From a virus (lineage: Duplodnaviria; Caudoviricetes), in the IMG/VR virus record IMGVR_UViG_3300037455_000100, positions 1 to 64,000 of that record: DNA of 64,000 bases, one strand, 5' to 3'. Under the pieces are notes generated by a model. The model was not told the DNA's origin and made no database searches. It saw only the letters and a program-made list of their open reading frames with translations. The position numbers were made by a program, and so were the translations under genes. This document shows positions 48,568-60,800 of the stretch, piece by piece. The first letter of the stretch is position 1, and the number at the start of each line of letters is the position of its first letter.

Positions 48568-49589
48568 TAGCAAATAAATCGCTTATAAATTTGTGTATAT
48601 GGATTATTTTTCTTATATTTGCACATTATTTAATAATGTGAATATATGAAAAAATTTAGCAAAGAAACTGAATTAGAAATAGTTAGCCTTTATAATAGAG
48701 GCTATACTCAAAAGGAAATTGCAGATAAATTGGGAACATTTAATACTTCTATTAGAAGAGTTTTATTACGTTATAATGTATTTTTAAAGGGCAATGACAA
48801 ACAGCAGAGATTGTGTAAGCATAATCCTTTTAAAAATAATGATGAATATTCTGAATACTATTTAGGATTACTCTTGACTGATGGCAATATAGACTATAAG
48901 AGTAAAAGAAATAGAATCAGATTATCACTTAACGAAATAGACGGTTATTTAGTAGAAGAGTTTTTAAATTGGTCTGCTCCTGAAGCAAAAGTTACTAAGA
49001 CTTTACAAAAGATAAACAATTCTTATATGTGGAGTGCTGCTATAACTAATAGAGAAGCTTTAGAATGGCTTGAAAGAAAAGCAAGTTTTCATAATAAAAG
49101 CTTCGATGCTAAATTATATACTCCTATAACATACAACATATTAAGAGGAATAATAGATGGTGATGGGGGATTCTACCCTCAAAACAAAAATGCTATTAAA
49201 ATCTCTATTTGCGGTAAGTCCTTAGTATTTCTAAAACAAATTCAATTCTTTTTAAACAAAGAAGGCTATCACTCCAGTTTATTTGAGCATAATAATTTAT
49301 ATTATATTCAAATAATGAGGGTGGAAGATGTTTTAAAATTAGGCACAAATTTATATGAAAATGCCCATATTTTCTGTAAAAGAAAGTATGAAAAATGGCT
49401 CGCCTTCTATGAAAGTAGAAGGGCAAACACCTTAAATTCAGGGAAAAAGATGGCAATTCAACCCTGAGCGAAACCTACTCACCTTATGGTAATAATTAAA
49501 GAAGTAGGGACGTGCAGAGACTATAATAGGTGCACCTAAACATATTTATTATGCATGGTGAAGGGATAGTCCAACCTACGATTTGGTTG
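48568..49589 (+). mobile_element. Group I intron 1 in polA
   Basis: Exon ends in U, intron ends in G; splicing gives DYSG|QE; core AAATTCAGGGAA, CCCTGAGC, GCAGAGACTA, ATAGTCC. Confidence 0.88.
48646..49467 (+). CDS. Intron-encoded double-motif LAGLIDADG homing endonuclease
   Basis: YLGLLLTDG and LRGIIDGDG; N-terminal HTH; own TTTG-N20-TATATTTG promoter (48590-48621). Confidence 0.88.
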   Translation: MKKFSKETELEIVSLYNRGYTQKEIADKLGTFNTSIRRVLLRYNVFLKGNDKQQRLCKHNPFKNNDEYSEYYLGLLLTDGNIDYKSKRNRIRLSLNEIDGYLVEEFLNWSAPEAKVTKTLQKINNSYMWSAAITNREALEWLERKASFHNKSFDAKLYTPITYNILRGIIDGDGGFYPQNKNAIKISICGKSLVFLKQIQFFLNKEGYHSSLFEHNNLYYIQIMRVEDVLKLGTNLYENAHIFCKRKYEKWLAFYESRRANTLNSGKKMAIQP

Positions 49590-49776
49590 CAGGAAACGTA
49601 CCTTATGGCTTCTATAGCTAATGACGAGGCTATTATAGATGAGTTAACAAATGGTAGTGGGGATATTCACAGTCTTACTGCATATATGTCTTATAAAGAA
49701 ATTCCTAGGAATACTCCTATTAAGGAGATTAAGAAGAAGTTTCATAATCTTAGACAAGAGGCTAAAGGTATAGAGT
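49590..49776 (+). CDS. polA: DNA polymerase family A, exon 2
   Basis: QETYLMA...GDIHSLTA...RQEAKGIE. Confidence 0.88.
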
Positions 49777-50883
49777 AAACATAAATAGTAAGTTTTGATT
49801 ATTATTATATTTAACTATTTGTCTATTTTAAAAATTAATTGTATATTTGCAAAATAAAATTTACAAGCTATGATTATTAAAGTAGATGATTTAGAGTTAC
49901 TTAAGAAGAAAGGTATATATAGTATTACTAACATATTAAATAATAAAAAATATATTGGAAGTACTGCTAAATCCTTTCAATCAAGACTTACTCAGCATTT
50001 AAGTAAACTAAGATTACAAAAGCATCATTGTGTACATTTACAATATGCTTGGACTAAATACGGTGAAGATAATTTTATATTCACTATTGAAGAGGTTTTA
50101 GATAATGTAGATAATTTATTAGATAAGGAAGCTGAATATATAGCTAAGTATGATAGTTATCATTCTGGCTATAATGCTAATCCAAACCCTAATACATCCC
50201 CTATGTTTAATGTAAATTCTAAAGAGAAAAGTTCTTTAACTCATAAACAACAATGGGAAAATCTACGAAATTCTATGACCGAAGAAGAATATCAGTCTTT
50301 TGTTAAAGATAGGTATGCTTTTCGATATGGAATTTCTCCGGCAAATAAGGGTAAAAAGGCTTCAGAAGAAATTAAAGTTAAAATGAGAAAGCCTAAGGTA
50401 AACGGAGTCACATCAGCCATGAAAGCTGTACATATTAAAAATGCAGAACTTATCAAAGATAAATCTGATTATATTTTAGTTTACGATATAAATAAAAATT
50501 GGATTAATACTTTTAGGTGTAATTCGGACTTAGTATGGTATAGTAAATCGGAGTTTAATGACCTACCAATGATTCTTAAAAAGAATAGTAGTAGGTTCTT
50601 AGACCCCTCCAAAATTGCTAACCATATTAAAGACGGAAGACCCTATAAAGGATTATATTTCGTGCGAGCTCCCAAGAGTAGGAAACTCTCTTGTGCAAAT
50701 GGGATGAATTCATGGAAAGCTGAAAAGCCAATCATGAGCCAAGCAGGAAGTACACTTTCTGAAGGTGCAGAGACTACTGGAGAGGTTTAGCCCTCTTAAT
50801 AACCAGCTAGAGCGTCCCACACCTAAACATATTTATTATGCATGGTGATGATATAGTCCAACGGGTGAATGCTGCACCCTATG
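49777..50883 (+). mobile_element. Group I intron 2 in polA
   Basis: T|TC junction restores Phe in AKGIEFAINYG (motif B); core GAATTCATGGAA, CATGAGCC, GCAGAGACTA, ATATAGTCC; terminal G. Confidence 0.88.
49870..50790 (+). CDS. Intron-encoded GIY-YIG homing endonuclease
   Basis: GIYSITN...KYIGS...R...GYN; own TTTG-N20-TATATTTG promoter (49818-49849). Confidence 0.88.
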   Translation: MIIKVDDLELLKKKGIYSITNILNNKKYIGSTAKSFQSRLTQHLSKLRLQKHHCVHLQYAWTKYGEDNFIFTIEEVLDNVDNLLDKEAEYIAKYDSYHSGYNANPNPNTSPMFNVNSKEKSSLTHKQQWENLRNSMTEEEYQSFVKDRYAFRYGISPANKGKKASEEIKVKMRKPKVNGVTSAMKAVHIKNAELIKDKSDYILVYDINKNWINTFRCNSDLVWYSKSEFNDLPMILKKNSSRFLDPSKIANHIKDGRPYKGLYFVRAPKSRKLSCANGMNSWKAEKPIMSQAGSTLSEGAETTGEV

Positions 50884-51521
50884 TCGCTATTAATTATGGA
50901 GGAGATGCTAATACTATCTCTAAAAACAAGGGTATTCCTATAGAAGAGGCTAATACTATCTATAATAGTTATATGGAAGGCTTTAAAGGTCTTAAGAGAT
51001 ATCAAGACTTTAGAAGAAAAGATTGGTTTGATAAAGGATATATTCTATTAAGTCCTATTACTGGGCACAAAGCTTATATATATGACTGGAAAAAACTTAA
51101 AGAGGATAGAGCCAAAATGTCTGAGGAAGGATTTTGGGATGGATATAAAGATTTAAAAATGTTCTATCCAGAGCATTATAAAGTGCAAATGGTAAGAAAT
51201 TTCTTTAAAAGAAAATCTGCTTCAGAGAAACAGTCAATTAATTACCCGATACAAGCAGCTGGCTCATTTTGTTTAAGATTATCCCTTGTATACTTCTTTA
51301 ATTATATTAGACAAAATAATTTATTAGGAAAGGTAAAAATATGTGTAACTCCTTATGATGAAGTTAACTGTGAAGCTCCTGAGAGTATAGCTGATACAGT
51401 AGCAGATGTATTATATAAATGTATGGTAAAAGCAGGCTCTTTCTTTTGTGATAAATGTAAATTAGATGCTGATATAAGCAAGCTAGATGACGGAACGTTA
51501 CCAACATATTGGATTCATTAA
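50884..51521 (+). CDS. polA: DNA polymerase family A, exon 3
   Basis: AINYGG, NYPIQ, PYDE motif C; spliced CDS is 2031 nt = 676 aa. Confidence 0.88.
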
Positions 51522-51533
51522 AAACATATTAAC

Positions 51534-51761
51534 ATGGAAAACAAATTATTTGACAATATAAATAATCCTTCGCATTATTGTGAAGGCAGGCAATATGAGC
51601 CTATAGCCGTAATTAAAGATTGGAATTTAGATTTCAATCTTGGTAACGTAGTTAAGTATATCTCTAGAGCAGGTAGGAAAAATGATGCTCTAGAAGACCT
51701 CAAAAAAGCTAAATTTTATCTTGATTGGGAGATAGAATACTTAGAAAGTATAACTAAATAG
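51534..51761 (+). CDS. DUF3310 family protein
   Basis: NNPSHY...GNVVKYISRAGRK...EDLKKA.FY. Confidence 0.85.
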   Translation: MENKLFDNINNPSHYCEGRQYEPIAVIKDWNLDFNLGNVVKYISRAGRKNDALEDLKKAKFYLDWEIEYLESITK

Positions 51762-51844
51762 AAATTTTTTATTATTGATTTGTAACAAGTTATAAGAAGA
51801 TTTAAAAATAAATTTTGGTAGTTTAAAAATATGTCATATCTTTG

Positions 51845-52356
51845 CAAACGTAATCAAGACGAAGCTGGTTACAGATAATAAAAATTGAACCCTTATTTAC
51901 CTGATAAGCCTAATGGCATAAAAAACCCCTGTAATCCAGCTTCGTAATATGATTGCAGGGGAATTTTATTTCCATTAGGCTTTTTATTAAGCCAAAGACA
52001 TATTAAAATGCTGATTCTTTAACTAGAAATCATGTGGTAAGAGCTGACGTTATAGAGAAGATAAGCCATCAACGCTGAGGTTATCGGTGAATCGAACGTT
52101 TACTCAGTAGGATGTAAAGAACCTCTGAAAGGAAAAGGGATGTACGCACGAACAGAGGCAGCAGGTCAATAAGGGTGCTGGTGCATGAGTGGATTTCATA
52201 ATGCCTGAAAGTTGAATAGTGAACCACCATTTTATTCAACGCATGACACACTGAATTATACTGTGTAACAGTTGTCATAGATACCATCCTATGCTCTAAG
52301 CTGCTTTTCTTACAGTTAAAGAAAAGAAGTAGCTGGAGTTTAGGGGATGGTATGCA
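51845..52356 (+). ncRNA. Candidate structured leader/ncRNA
   Basis: TTTG-N19-TATCTTTG promoter (51814-51844); ORF-free; alternative stems; terminal ATACCATCCT/GGGGATGGTAT hairpin. Confidence 0.45.
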
Positions 52357-52417
52357 ATCACCTGAATTACCTGTGTAACAATTTAAGAGTTAAACAATTA
52401 ATATAGAATAATATAAC

Positions 52418-52654
52418 ATGATTATAGACACAGATAAGTTTAAATACAAACCGCAAGATGAATTTTGGCTTATGGCTGACAATGAGCCTGCATGTATAAA
52501 AATACACTCTATAAGCATTCAATATATAAATTGGATAATTGAAAGTGTTGAGGTTTTTTATAGGTGTACTAACTCTAGAACATATACAGAACAATATTTA
52601 GATTCGTTATGTCGTACTAAAGAAGAATTATGTAAGAGAGTTTTTAATGTATAA
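52418..52654 (+). CDS. Hypothetical protein
   Basis: 78 aa ORF. Confidence 0.55.
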   Translation: MIIDTDKFKYKPQDEFWLMADNEPACIKIHSISIQYINWIIESVEVFYRCTNSRTYTEQYLDSLCRTKEELCKRVFNV

Positions 52655-52791
52655 TTGATTTATGGATAAAGAAGAATTTATTAAAAACGCTACTCAGATA
52701 TTACAAGACTGTGGTTTAACAGAATCTCAATCTGAAGCACTGGCAAATCTTACTATAACATCTGAAAAGAATAAGATTAAGCAATTGATAG

Positions 52792-53220
52792 ATGATACCG
52801 TATAATAATATAACAAAGCATGATTTTGTACCTGTAGATGTATGTAAAACTATGCAAGAAGCTGGTGTTCCTACAGATGATGCATATTACTTTATTACTA
52901 AGTACAGATTCTATAATCATTATGAAATCCATACTAAAGAAGAAGTGTCTAAATTAGTACTACAACCAGATGAAATATACCCTACTTATACTCTATCACA
53001 GCTTTTATATAAATTAGATGAATGGCATCCAGATTATAAAGGACTTACGTTTTATAAAGATGCTCCGTTCTATTTCTTCTTATATGAAGACGCTAAAGAT
53101 GAATCTGAGTTTAGTTTAGTAGCTGATAGTCCTATTGTAGCTGCTGCCTATCTGCTTATAAACTGTGTTAAAGAAGGTTTTGGTTGTGTTAAAAATATAA
53201 ATAGTAAATATGAATCATGA
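52792..53220 (+). CDS. Hypothetical protein
   Basis: 142 aa ORF. Confidence 0.6.
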   Translation: MIPYNNITKHDFVPVDVCKTMQEAGVPTDDAYYFITKYRFYNHYEIHTKEEVSKLVLQPDEIYPTYTLSQLLYKLDEWHPDYKGLTFYKDAPFYFFLYEDAKDESEFSLVADSPIVAAAYLLINCVKEGFGCVKNINSKYES

Positions 53221-53366
53221 TATAGTACATTGTATTGGTACAGACTGCCCTAAAAAAGATAAATGTTATAGGTTTAGAGCTTTACAGGATATTAATAAAC
53301 CTATATACATAAATATTATGAACAGTGAATCTTGTATTAAAATTAATTATAAATTATTCTATAGTT

Positions 53367-53921
53367 ATGAAAATTAAAACGTTAGAGATAAGTGGGTTTC
53401 ATAGTGCTTTAGAAGCATTAAGATTACCATATAGTTTACCACCAAGAAGTATAGGTACTAATAGTATAGATTTGTCAGGTAGTGTAAATAATGAAATTGA
53501 TAATGTAATCACTAATATTAATGTTGTATCTGTAAATAAGAAAGACTTAAATTTACTGTCAACATTAGTTAAAAGAGGTCCAGAACACGCTAAAGTACTT
53601 AGAGGTATTGTAGTATATGCTAAAATTACAGCTCCTATCTATATATGGTGTGAAATTGAGACGTACACAGTAGGACATTATAGACTATCAAGTGAATCTA
53701 CTATGCACACTGATTGTAAAGGATTATCTGGAGAAGAACTTCAATTAGCTAAAGCTTCTATTCCTATGGGTAAAGAACTTACTAAAGTAGATATGTTCAA
53801 TTACCAATCCTTACGTAACATTTATTTTCAACGTAGAAATCACAGATTACCTGAATGGCATGAATTCTGTGATTATATTACTACACTTCCTTATGCAAAA
53901 GAACTAATAACTATAGAATAA
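53367..53921 (+). CDS. ThyX/Thy1-like protein
   Basis: HAKVLR...APIYIW.E..TY...SESTMH...NYQSLRNIYFQRRNHRLPEW. Confidence 0.6.
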   Translation: MKIKTLEISGFHSALEALRLPYSLPPRSIGTNSIDLSGSVNNEIDNVITNINVVSVNKKDLNLLSTLVKRGPEHAKVLRGIVVYAKITAPIYIWCEIETYTVGHYRLSSESTMHTDCKGLSGEELQLAKASIPMGKELTKVDMFNYQSLRNIYFQRRNHRLPEWHEFCDYITTLPYAKELITIE

Positions 53922-53922
53922 T

Positions 53923-54381
53923 ATGAGTTTAGATGTTTACGCTAAAATAGATGATAGGAAGATATTAGAAGGTAAACAGTATGGTACTTCGTATTATTAT
54001 TGGAGTAGAGACGAAAGAGAAACTATTCAATATTTAACAGATACTGTATTATGGATTAATATAACACATAATCTTGGTGATATGGCATCCCATGTACCAA
54101 TAGAGTTTTATGATGATTGTGGTAATTATTATAAAACTGATTTATATCATATAATGTGGAGACCAGAAGAAGTGTTTGTTAATAAAGAGAACATTAAACT
54201 AGCTGATGTTAGAGAGCCAATTGAAATAGGATTAAAATATGTACTATCAAACGAAGAAGAGTTAAGTAAATATAATCCTGAGAATGGTTGGGGTCATTAT
54301 GATAATTTCGTATATTGTTTGCCTGAGTATATCAGAGCTTGTTATAAATATCCTAACGCAACAATTACAATTAGCAGATAG
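53923..54381 (+). CDS. Hypothetical phage protein
   Basis: NITHNL...MWRPEE...NPENGWG.Y. Confidence 0.7.
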   Translation: MSLDVYAKIDDRKILEGKQYGTSYYYWSRDERETIQYLTDTVLWINITHNLGDMASHVPIEFYDDCGNYYKTDLYHIMWRPEEVFVNKENIKLADVREPIEIGLKYVLSNEEELSKYNPENGWGHYDNFVYCLPEYIRACYKYPNATITISR

Positions 54382-54452
54382 TTAAGTCTAATTTATGTGA
54401 AGGTTATACTCTATATGGGTATAACCTATTTTTTTTATTAATATTAAAAGTT

Positions 54453-54734
54453 ATGGAATACTTACAATTTCCTTTTGTAGAATTTAAATATAAGAATAGA
54501 AAATATGTATATCCTATAAATTATTCAGACCTTACATTCCAAGACGATAATGATGACTGGTGGGATATATGGCTTAAAGTTGGTAAGCGTGTGTATCAGA
54601 TATGTGGAAAATATGAAGATGGTATAAGGTATATTGATGATATTATAATGTATGTATATAATAGTGATGACGATTTGACTGATGAAAATAGAATAGATAC
54701 AATAACTGATTGTAGAATAATATATGATAAATAA
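54453..54734 (+). CDS. Acidic hypothetical protein
   Basis: 93 aa ORF. Confidence 0.55.
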   Translation: MEYLQFPFVEFKYKNRKYVYPINYSDLTFQDDNDDWWDIWLKVGKRVYQICGKYEDGIRYIDDIIMYVYNSDDDLTDENRIDTITDCRIIYDK

Positions 54735-54846
54735 TTATTAACACAGTAGTAAATAATATTAATTTACTTTATTTTTATATTATACATATCTATATCATAA
54801 AAAAATAGTAATTTTGCACACGATTTATAACATAAATTTATAAGAT

Positions 54847-57800
54847 ATGATACACTGTATAAGTAAGAATAGTATTTATAATTCTGAAGATTTAGAACAG
54901 TTTAATAAGATTCAAGAGTATTTTAATTGGTCTGATAGTGTTGCTGAAGCTAAAATAGGAACTTGGATGTCTATACACAATACTGCTGAATTTCCTACTA
55001 TAGACCAAATGAAATATTATATAGAAGATAGTGCTAGAAAACAATCTGAGAAGAATGGTTATACTACTGAAATGCAACAAATAAAAGACCAAGCCGTTAC
55101 TGATGGTACTTTTATGAAAGCGCCTAATGGCAAACCTACTAATCTTAATGAAAGACAATGGTTACAAGTTAGAACTAAAGCTTTTAAAGAATGGTTTGGT
55201 GATTGGGAAAGTTTAGCAGAAAGTCATTTAAATACTTTAGAAATACTCAATGAAGACGGTAGTATTAATTTTGATAAATTAGAAGAACTATCTGATGAAT
55301 ATTTCAAAAATGCTGATGAAAGTTTATTCAATAAAGGTCGTAAAACATTAAGAGAAAGACAAGAACATCACAAAGGAGAAAATAACACTTTAGAACATAT
55401 ACAAAATGTAGTAAAATCAGCACAACAATCTAATATTTCTGATAGTCTTAAACAGCATGTCGTTATAGCAGCTGCATTACATGATTTAGCAAAACCATTT
55501 CATGCTGGAAATAAACATGGTTTTCAAAGTGAAGGATTACTTAATAAGATATTTAAAGGTAAAGTAAGTGGTCTTGCTAGATTTGCTATAGCACATCACA
55601 TGATGACTATAGAAGAAGGACAAGAATTTACTAAAGAAGACGCTGAAAGAATTGTAAATGATGCTATAAATAGAAATTTAGATATTAATGAAGCAATAGA
55701 CGTATTAATAGCATTGCATATAGCTGATATTACAAGAGGAAGAAATCTTGAAGATATTGATGAGTATTCTAATAAATCTATACGTGAGTTTATTAATAAT
55801 GAAGTTGAAAATAAAAGACAATTACTTAAAGAAGCTGCAAATACTAAAGAAGTTAATAGCGTTTCTAAAGTAGTTGATAAAAATGGCGAGCCTTTGGTGG
55901 TTTATCATGGAAGTAATAAAAAGTTTTCTGAATTTGCAAAAGGAATTGCTATTTACACTACTAGCATAGAAATGGCAAATTCTTATTACTATAGTGAAAT
56001 AAACGCTGAAGAAGATTCTGAATTATTTTATTATAATGGTAAAGAAGAAGATTATGGTCTTGCTAGAGAAGGAGATTATGAACGTGCTTTGTTATTCTTA
56101 AATCAAGATAAAGAATTTCTACAACACTTATACTTTACAAATCCTAATGAAGTACCTAAAATACAAGATGACTTTGAAAATTTTATAGGACAAAACTATC
56201 CTGAATATGCTATTGTTGAAACAGAGGATAAAGAACATTTAGGAACTGTTTATGGTGTGCTTTATAACAAAATACCAAAAGATAGATACAAAGAAATAGC
56301 TAACGCTTTTGCTGAAAGTCAACATCCTTCTAATCCTGTTGATTATTATTATAATAAAATTACTGGAAAAAATTATGATTTATTTAATAATATAAAAAAC
56401 CCATTAATAGTTGATGCTGAAGATAAATGGTGGGATGAAATCTATTTTAACGGAGAACTACTACAGTCTACTAGAGATATAGAAGAGTATGCTAGAAAAC
56501 ATGGTTATGACGGCTTTATAGTATATAATGTAAAAGATTATGGTGGATATTCATTAGAAGAAAATTATGTTGGTTCTCAAAACATTTATGTTGCATTTAA
56601 TCCTAATCAAACCAAATCTGCTACTGATAATATAGGTACTTTTAGTAAAGAAGATGATAATATTTATAAAAGTGAAGATTTTTCTAAAAAATTAAAATCT
56701 TATACAGAGCGTTGGACGACTGAATTACAAGAATTAATTGATATAAATCCAGATAGAGCAAATGCTGTCGTAGCGGATTTTAATGAAAAACATTTTAATG
56801 TTAATTTTGGAGTATACAATGGTAAGGTAACTGATAAAAATTTAAAAATAGATAATATTTCTATTGATAATCCAGAAGCTATTTTACAACATTTTAAAAA
56901 TAAAGCCAAAAGTAAAGAGATTGAAAATATTATTTTTAATACTGTTTATGAAAGTCTTATAGGTGATACGATTAGTAAATCATCTAATGCTCATTTAAAA
57001 CATATATTTAATAGTATACGTAATAAGTTTGTTAAAAATGGTATAGAATTTTCCTTTGAATATAACACCTCTATAGAAAGTTCAATGGCTTTTCAGTGGA
57101 GAGAAGGTAAACCTGTAATATTTATAAATCCGAATAATTTAAGAGCAGAATTAACACTTTCCGATAATCCTTTAGAAAGATATACAGAACTTATAATTCA
57201 CGAATTAACTCACGGATTAATGTCTAGTTTGTTGGAAATTAACGAAGAAGATATAAAGAATTTATCACCTGAAGCACAAAAATGTTATAATGATATCTAC
57301 GATTTATATAACTCTATAAAAGATAAATTACCAGAGAGTTATGGAAAAACAACTATCCACGAATTTATATCTGAGGCTCTTTCTAATAAAGAGTTTCAAC
57401 TAGAATTAGCTAAAATTAAATATGATAATACTAAATCTTTATTAGATAGATTTATAGAAAAATTCGTTAAAATTGTTTCTGAGTATTTAGGTATTGATAT
57501 AAAAGATTCAGCATTAGAAAAAGTATTACAAATAACTTCTAATTTTACACATACTGAAGATAGTTTAGAATTAATCAATTTTTTATCTGATAACAACTCC
57601 ATTTATAATTCACAAACTATTATAAATCCTATATTTAAAGAAGAGTCTTCTAGTGGATATAGAGAGAGAACTATTAAAAATGCTAAAGCTGATGCTACAA
57701 TAGCTTTTGCTGTAGATTTTAACTCTGCTGGTGAAAGACTTACTAAAAAAAGTGTTTTACAACAAAATAAAAAATACATACCTATAGATACTAACAATCC

Positions 57801-60800
57801 TGAAATATCTGATGAATTAGTAGAATCTACTGTTAATCAATTAAATGCAGTAAACGCAAAATCTTTAAATATTGCTGGTAATGGTATTTATACTTTAAAA
57901 GGTAAATATACACAAGAACAAGTTGATGAGTACGTCTATAATCTATTAAATAGAGTAATAAATCATCCCAATCTTAAAACTAAAATTGAAACTATTAGAA
58001 GCGGTGGTCAAACTGGTTACGATGAAGCTGGTATTAAAGCCGCTATGAGATTAGGTATCACAAGTGGCATATTAGCTCCCAAAGGTTGGAAATTTAGAAA
58101 TGTTGAAGGAAAAGATATTTCTGATGAAAAAGCTTTTAAAGATAGATTTAATCTTACAACACAACAATCTTCTACTATAAAAACTACAGAACAACCTATT
58201 AATACCCATCAAGAATTTACTCCAGTCAACACTACTCTTGAACAACAAATGAAACAAGAGTGGACTCCTCAAATTGTACAATTTAGGACGTTACGTATTG
58301 TGTCAGAGTTTAAGAAATGTGTTAACAATCTTGAAAGAAAATTAGACGCTTCTGAACAATTAGCTACACAATCTGCTACGAGACAATATTTAATTACTAC
58401 TAAATACGGTACTAGTAAGATATTAGGTAAAGTTAAAGATAGTATTACTAAAACATACGCTAATTTAGACTGGGTTACTGATTTTGTGCATGATTTATAT
58501 GAAGAAGAGGATTGGAATACTAAAGAAGTGATAGATAAAATAAATCATATTTATGAACAAGGTCAATTAATGCTTAAATATTTTGAGCCTTTATGTTTTG
58601 AAGCTAGTATGTATATTAAAAACATGGAGGGTGTATCATTACTTACCAATGATGGAGAATTAGTTGAGATTGATGATGAAACTACTATTGATGAAGAAGA
58701 TTTCACTAAGCATGAAGAAGGCTGGTTTTACAATGCTCACGAACAATCTGTAGAAAGTCAGATTAGTGCTGAAACTAAAAGTGTACTTCAAAATCTTTAT
58801 GAAACAGATGAGTATGGAGAACCAGTACAATATGATGATTTAGAGCAGTCTCTTACACTGGATTATAGGATGGTGCTTGGTACTGTTCTACAACTTGTAG
58901 GTAAATGTACTTCTAATAGTCAAATGATTCCTACTATTAAGAATGAAGTTGCTAAACATGGCTGGATGCAACAGATTCTTGATATATTAATGGGTAAAGA
59001 CACTAATTTCTCACAGATTTACAAAGGACTGTCTAAAGAAGATATTGAGCTTAAAGCGTTTAATTTACGTGCATTATTCTGGAAGGATATGCATAAAATC
59101 TTTGTAAATATTGCACAGCAAACTATTACAGATAAAGGAGATATTGAAACAGATATAGTTAATCATAAAGAAGGTGCTGATGCTTTAATGGCACAATTTG
59201 AAGATGATTGTTATGATTGTAAACCTATATTTGATGAAAATCATAAACATTATAAGACTGTATATAAAGCGGATGGTTCTTTTGACCGTTCTATATACAA
59301 TTCTTTACATGAAGAGGTCAGTAAATCTAATCTTTATAAATCAATAATAGATGGTACTTGTACATCTGAAGAAATAGACTTGATAGACAAAGTATTAAAA
59401 TCTTTTGGTGTAAATATTACTAAAAATACTATTGAACAATTAATTAAAGGTGGTGAAGAAACTAAAAACTCTCGTGATAATTTAAAAAATGTAATATTCG
59501 GTTTTTATGCTAAAAATATAGACAACAATCAGCCTTTACAATCAGTAATTAAAGAGAATGTTAATATATTTGACGCTTTTAGAGATAATTATAAAAAGAT
59601 TGCCGAAATATTTGCTGATAATACTGATGGCTATGATGAATCTTCTGCTAGAGTTGAAGTGGACAATGAATCAAAATCTTTGTTTAGTAGAATATTTCCT
59701 AATCCTATACATACAATATTTAACAAACTTAAAAATAATGATAATTTAAACGAAGAAGAGTATCAGAAACGTATAGATGATGAATATGGTCATAACTGGT
59801 GGTTTGCTCCTATACGTAAAAATGATAGAGGAATCTTTGGTAAAGGATTATTAAATGATATACTTACTAATTTAGGTGTTAGGAATGGTTTAAGAATTAA
59901 AACTCTTAAAGCTTCACAAGGAATATCATACGGTCATGAGATTGATGCTCAAGCTGAAGAGACTAGACTTAATGAATTTGAAGCAAGTAATCGTAACGTG
60001 TTAGGAGTGGCTTTTAGAGATTTTTCAGTACCAACATTCTCAGATACTGGTGAAAGTTATTATATAAGTATGCCTTATTTTGATATTCATAATGATAATC
60101 AACGTAAGGAACTTATAGATAGACTTTGCGAAGTATTTAAACAAGAAATGCGTCGTATTAATGTAGTTGAGAAGAGGGCTAAAGCTGGTATTAAACCTAT
60201 TGCTAGTTTTGATATTGAATTTAAGTTTAATCCTAAAACTGGTAAAAACGAAAGAGTTGAAAGTACTACTGACGGTTCTAATTTCCACTTCTTTAAAAAT
60301 CTTAATAAAGATAAAAAGAATATTATTGAACAGTATAATAGTTTAAGTATAGATATTAACGCTCAGGATAAATATATAAGGGATTTAGTCAGACAGTCTT
60401 TAAATGAGGAATTTATTAAATACTTAAATCACTATAATAGTTGTCAAGTTAATCAATTACCTAAAGGTAAACACACTGAAAAAGATAGGAAGCAGTTAAT
60501 ATCTTTTATTAATAAAACTGTTGATAATAGAAAGAATATACCTCTGACCGATGACCAAAAGAGAGTTATTGATAATATCCTTCATATACTGCAAAACGAT
60601 ACTATTACAGAAGAAATCTTTAACGATTTAAAAGAAACTCTTAAAACTACTCTCACTGAAGGATTAGTTCAAAATGAATTTACTGCTAATATTATAAGAA
60701 CTATAGATTCGTTTGCTCTAAATACTGAAAACCTTGAAAAACTTAAAGATTATTTCTATAATAGTTTCTACGCTACTACACAAATTATAGAATTAACCAT

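Noticed and set aside
49530-50883. N-terminal MHLNIFIMHG / MHGDDIVQ extensions of ORFs 49530 and 50838
   Set aside because: These are intron ribozyme sequence read in frame with exons 2 and 3
602-54734. Stop-codon reassignment (TAG to Gln or TGA to Trp)
   Set aside because: Long genes are intact in the standard code, TAG and TGA end genes normally, the polA breaks are explained by introns, and there is no intact suppressor tRNA
56700-60288. Short ORFs listed in the track within the last 9 kb
   Set aside because: They are antisense or out of frame within the giant RNAP ORF
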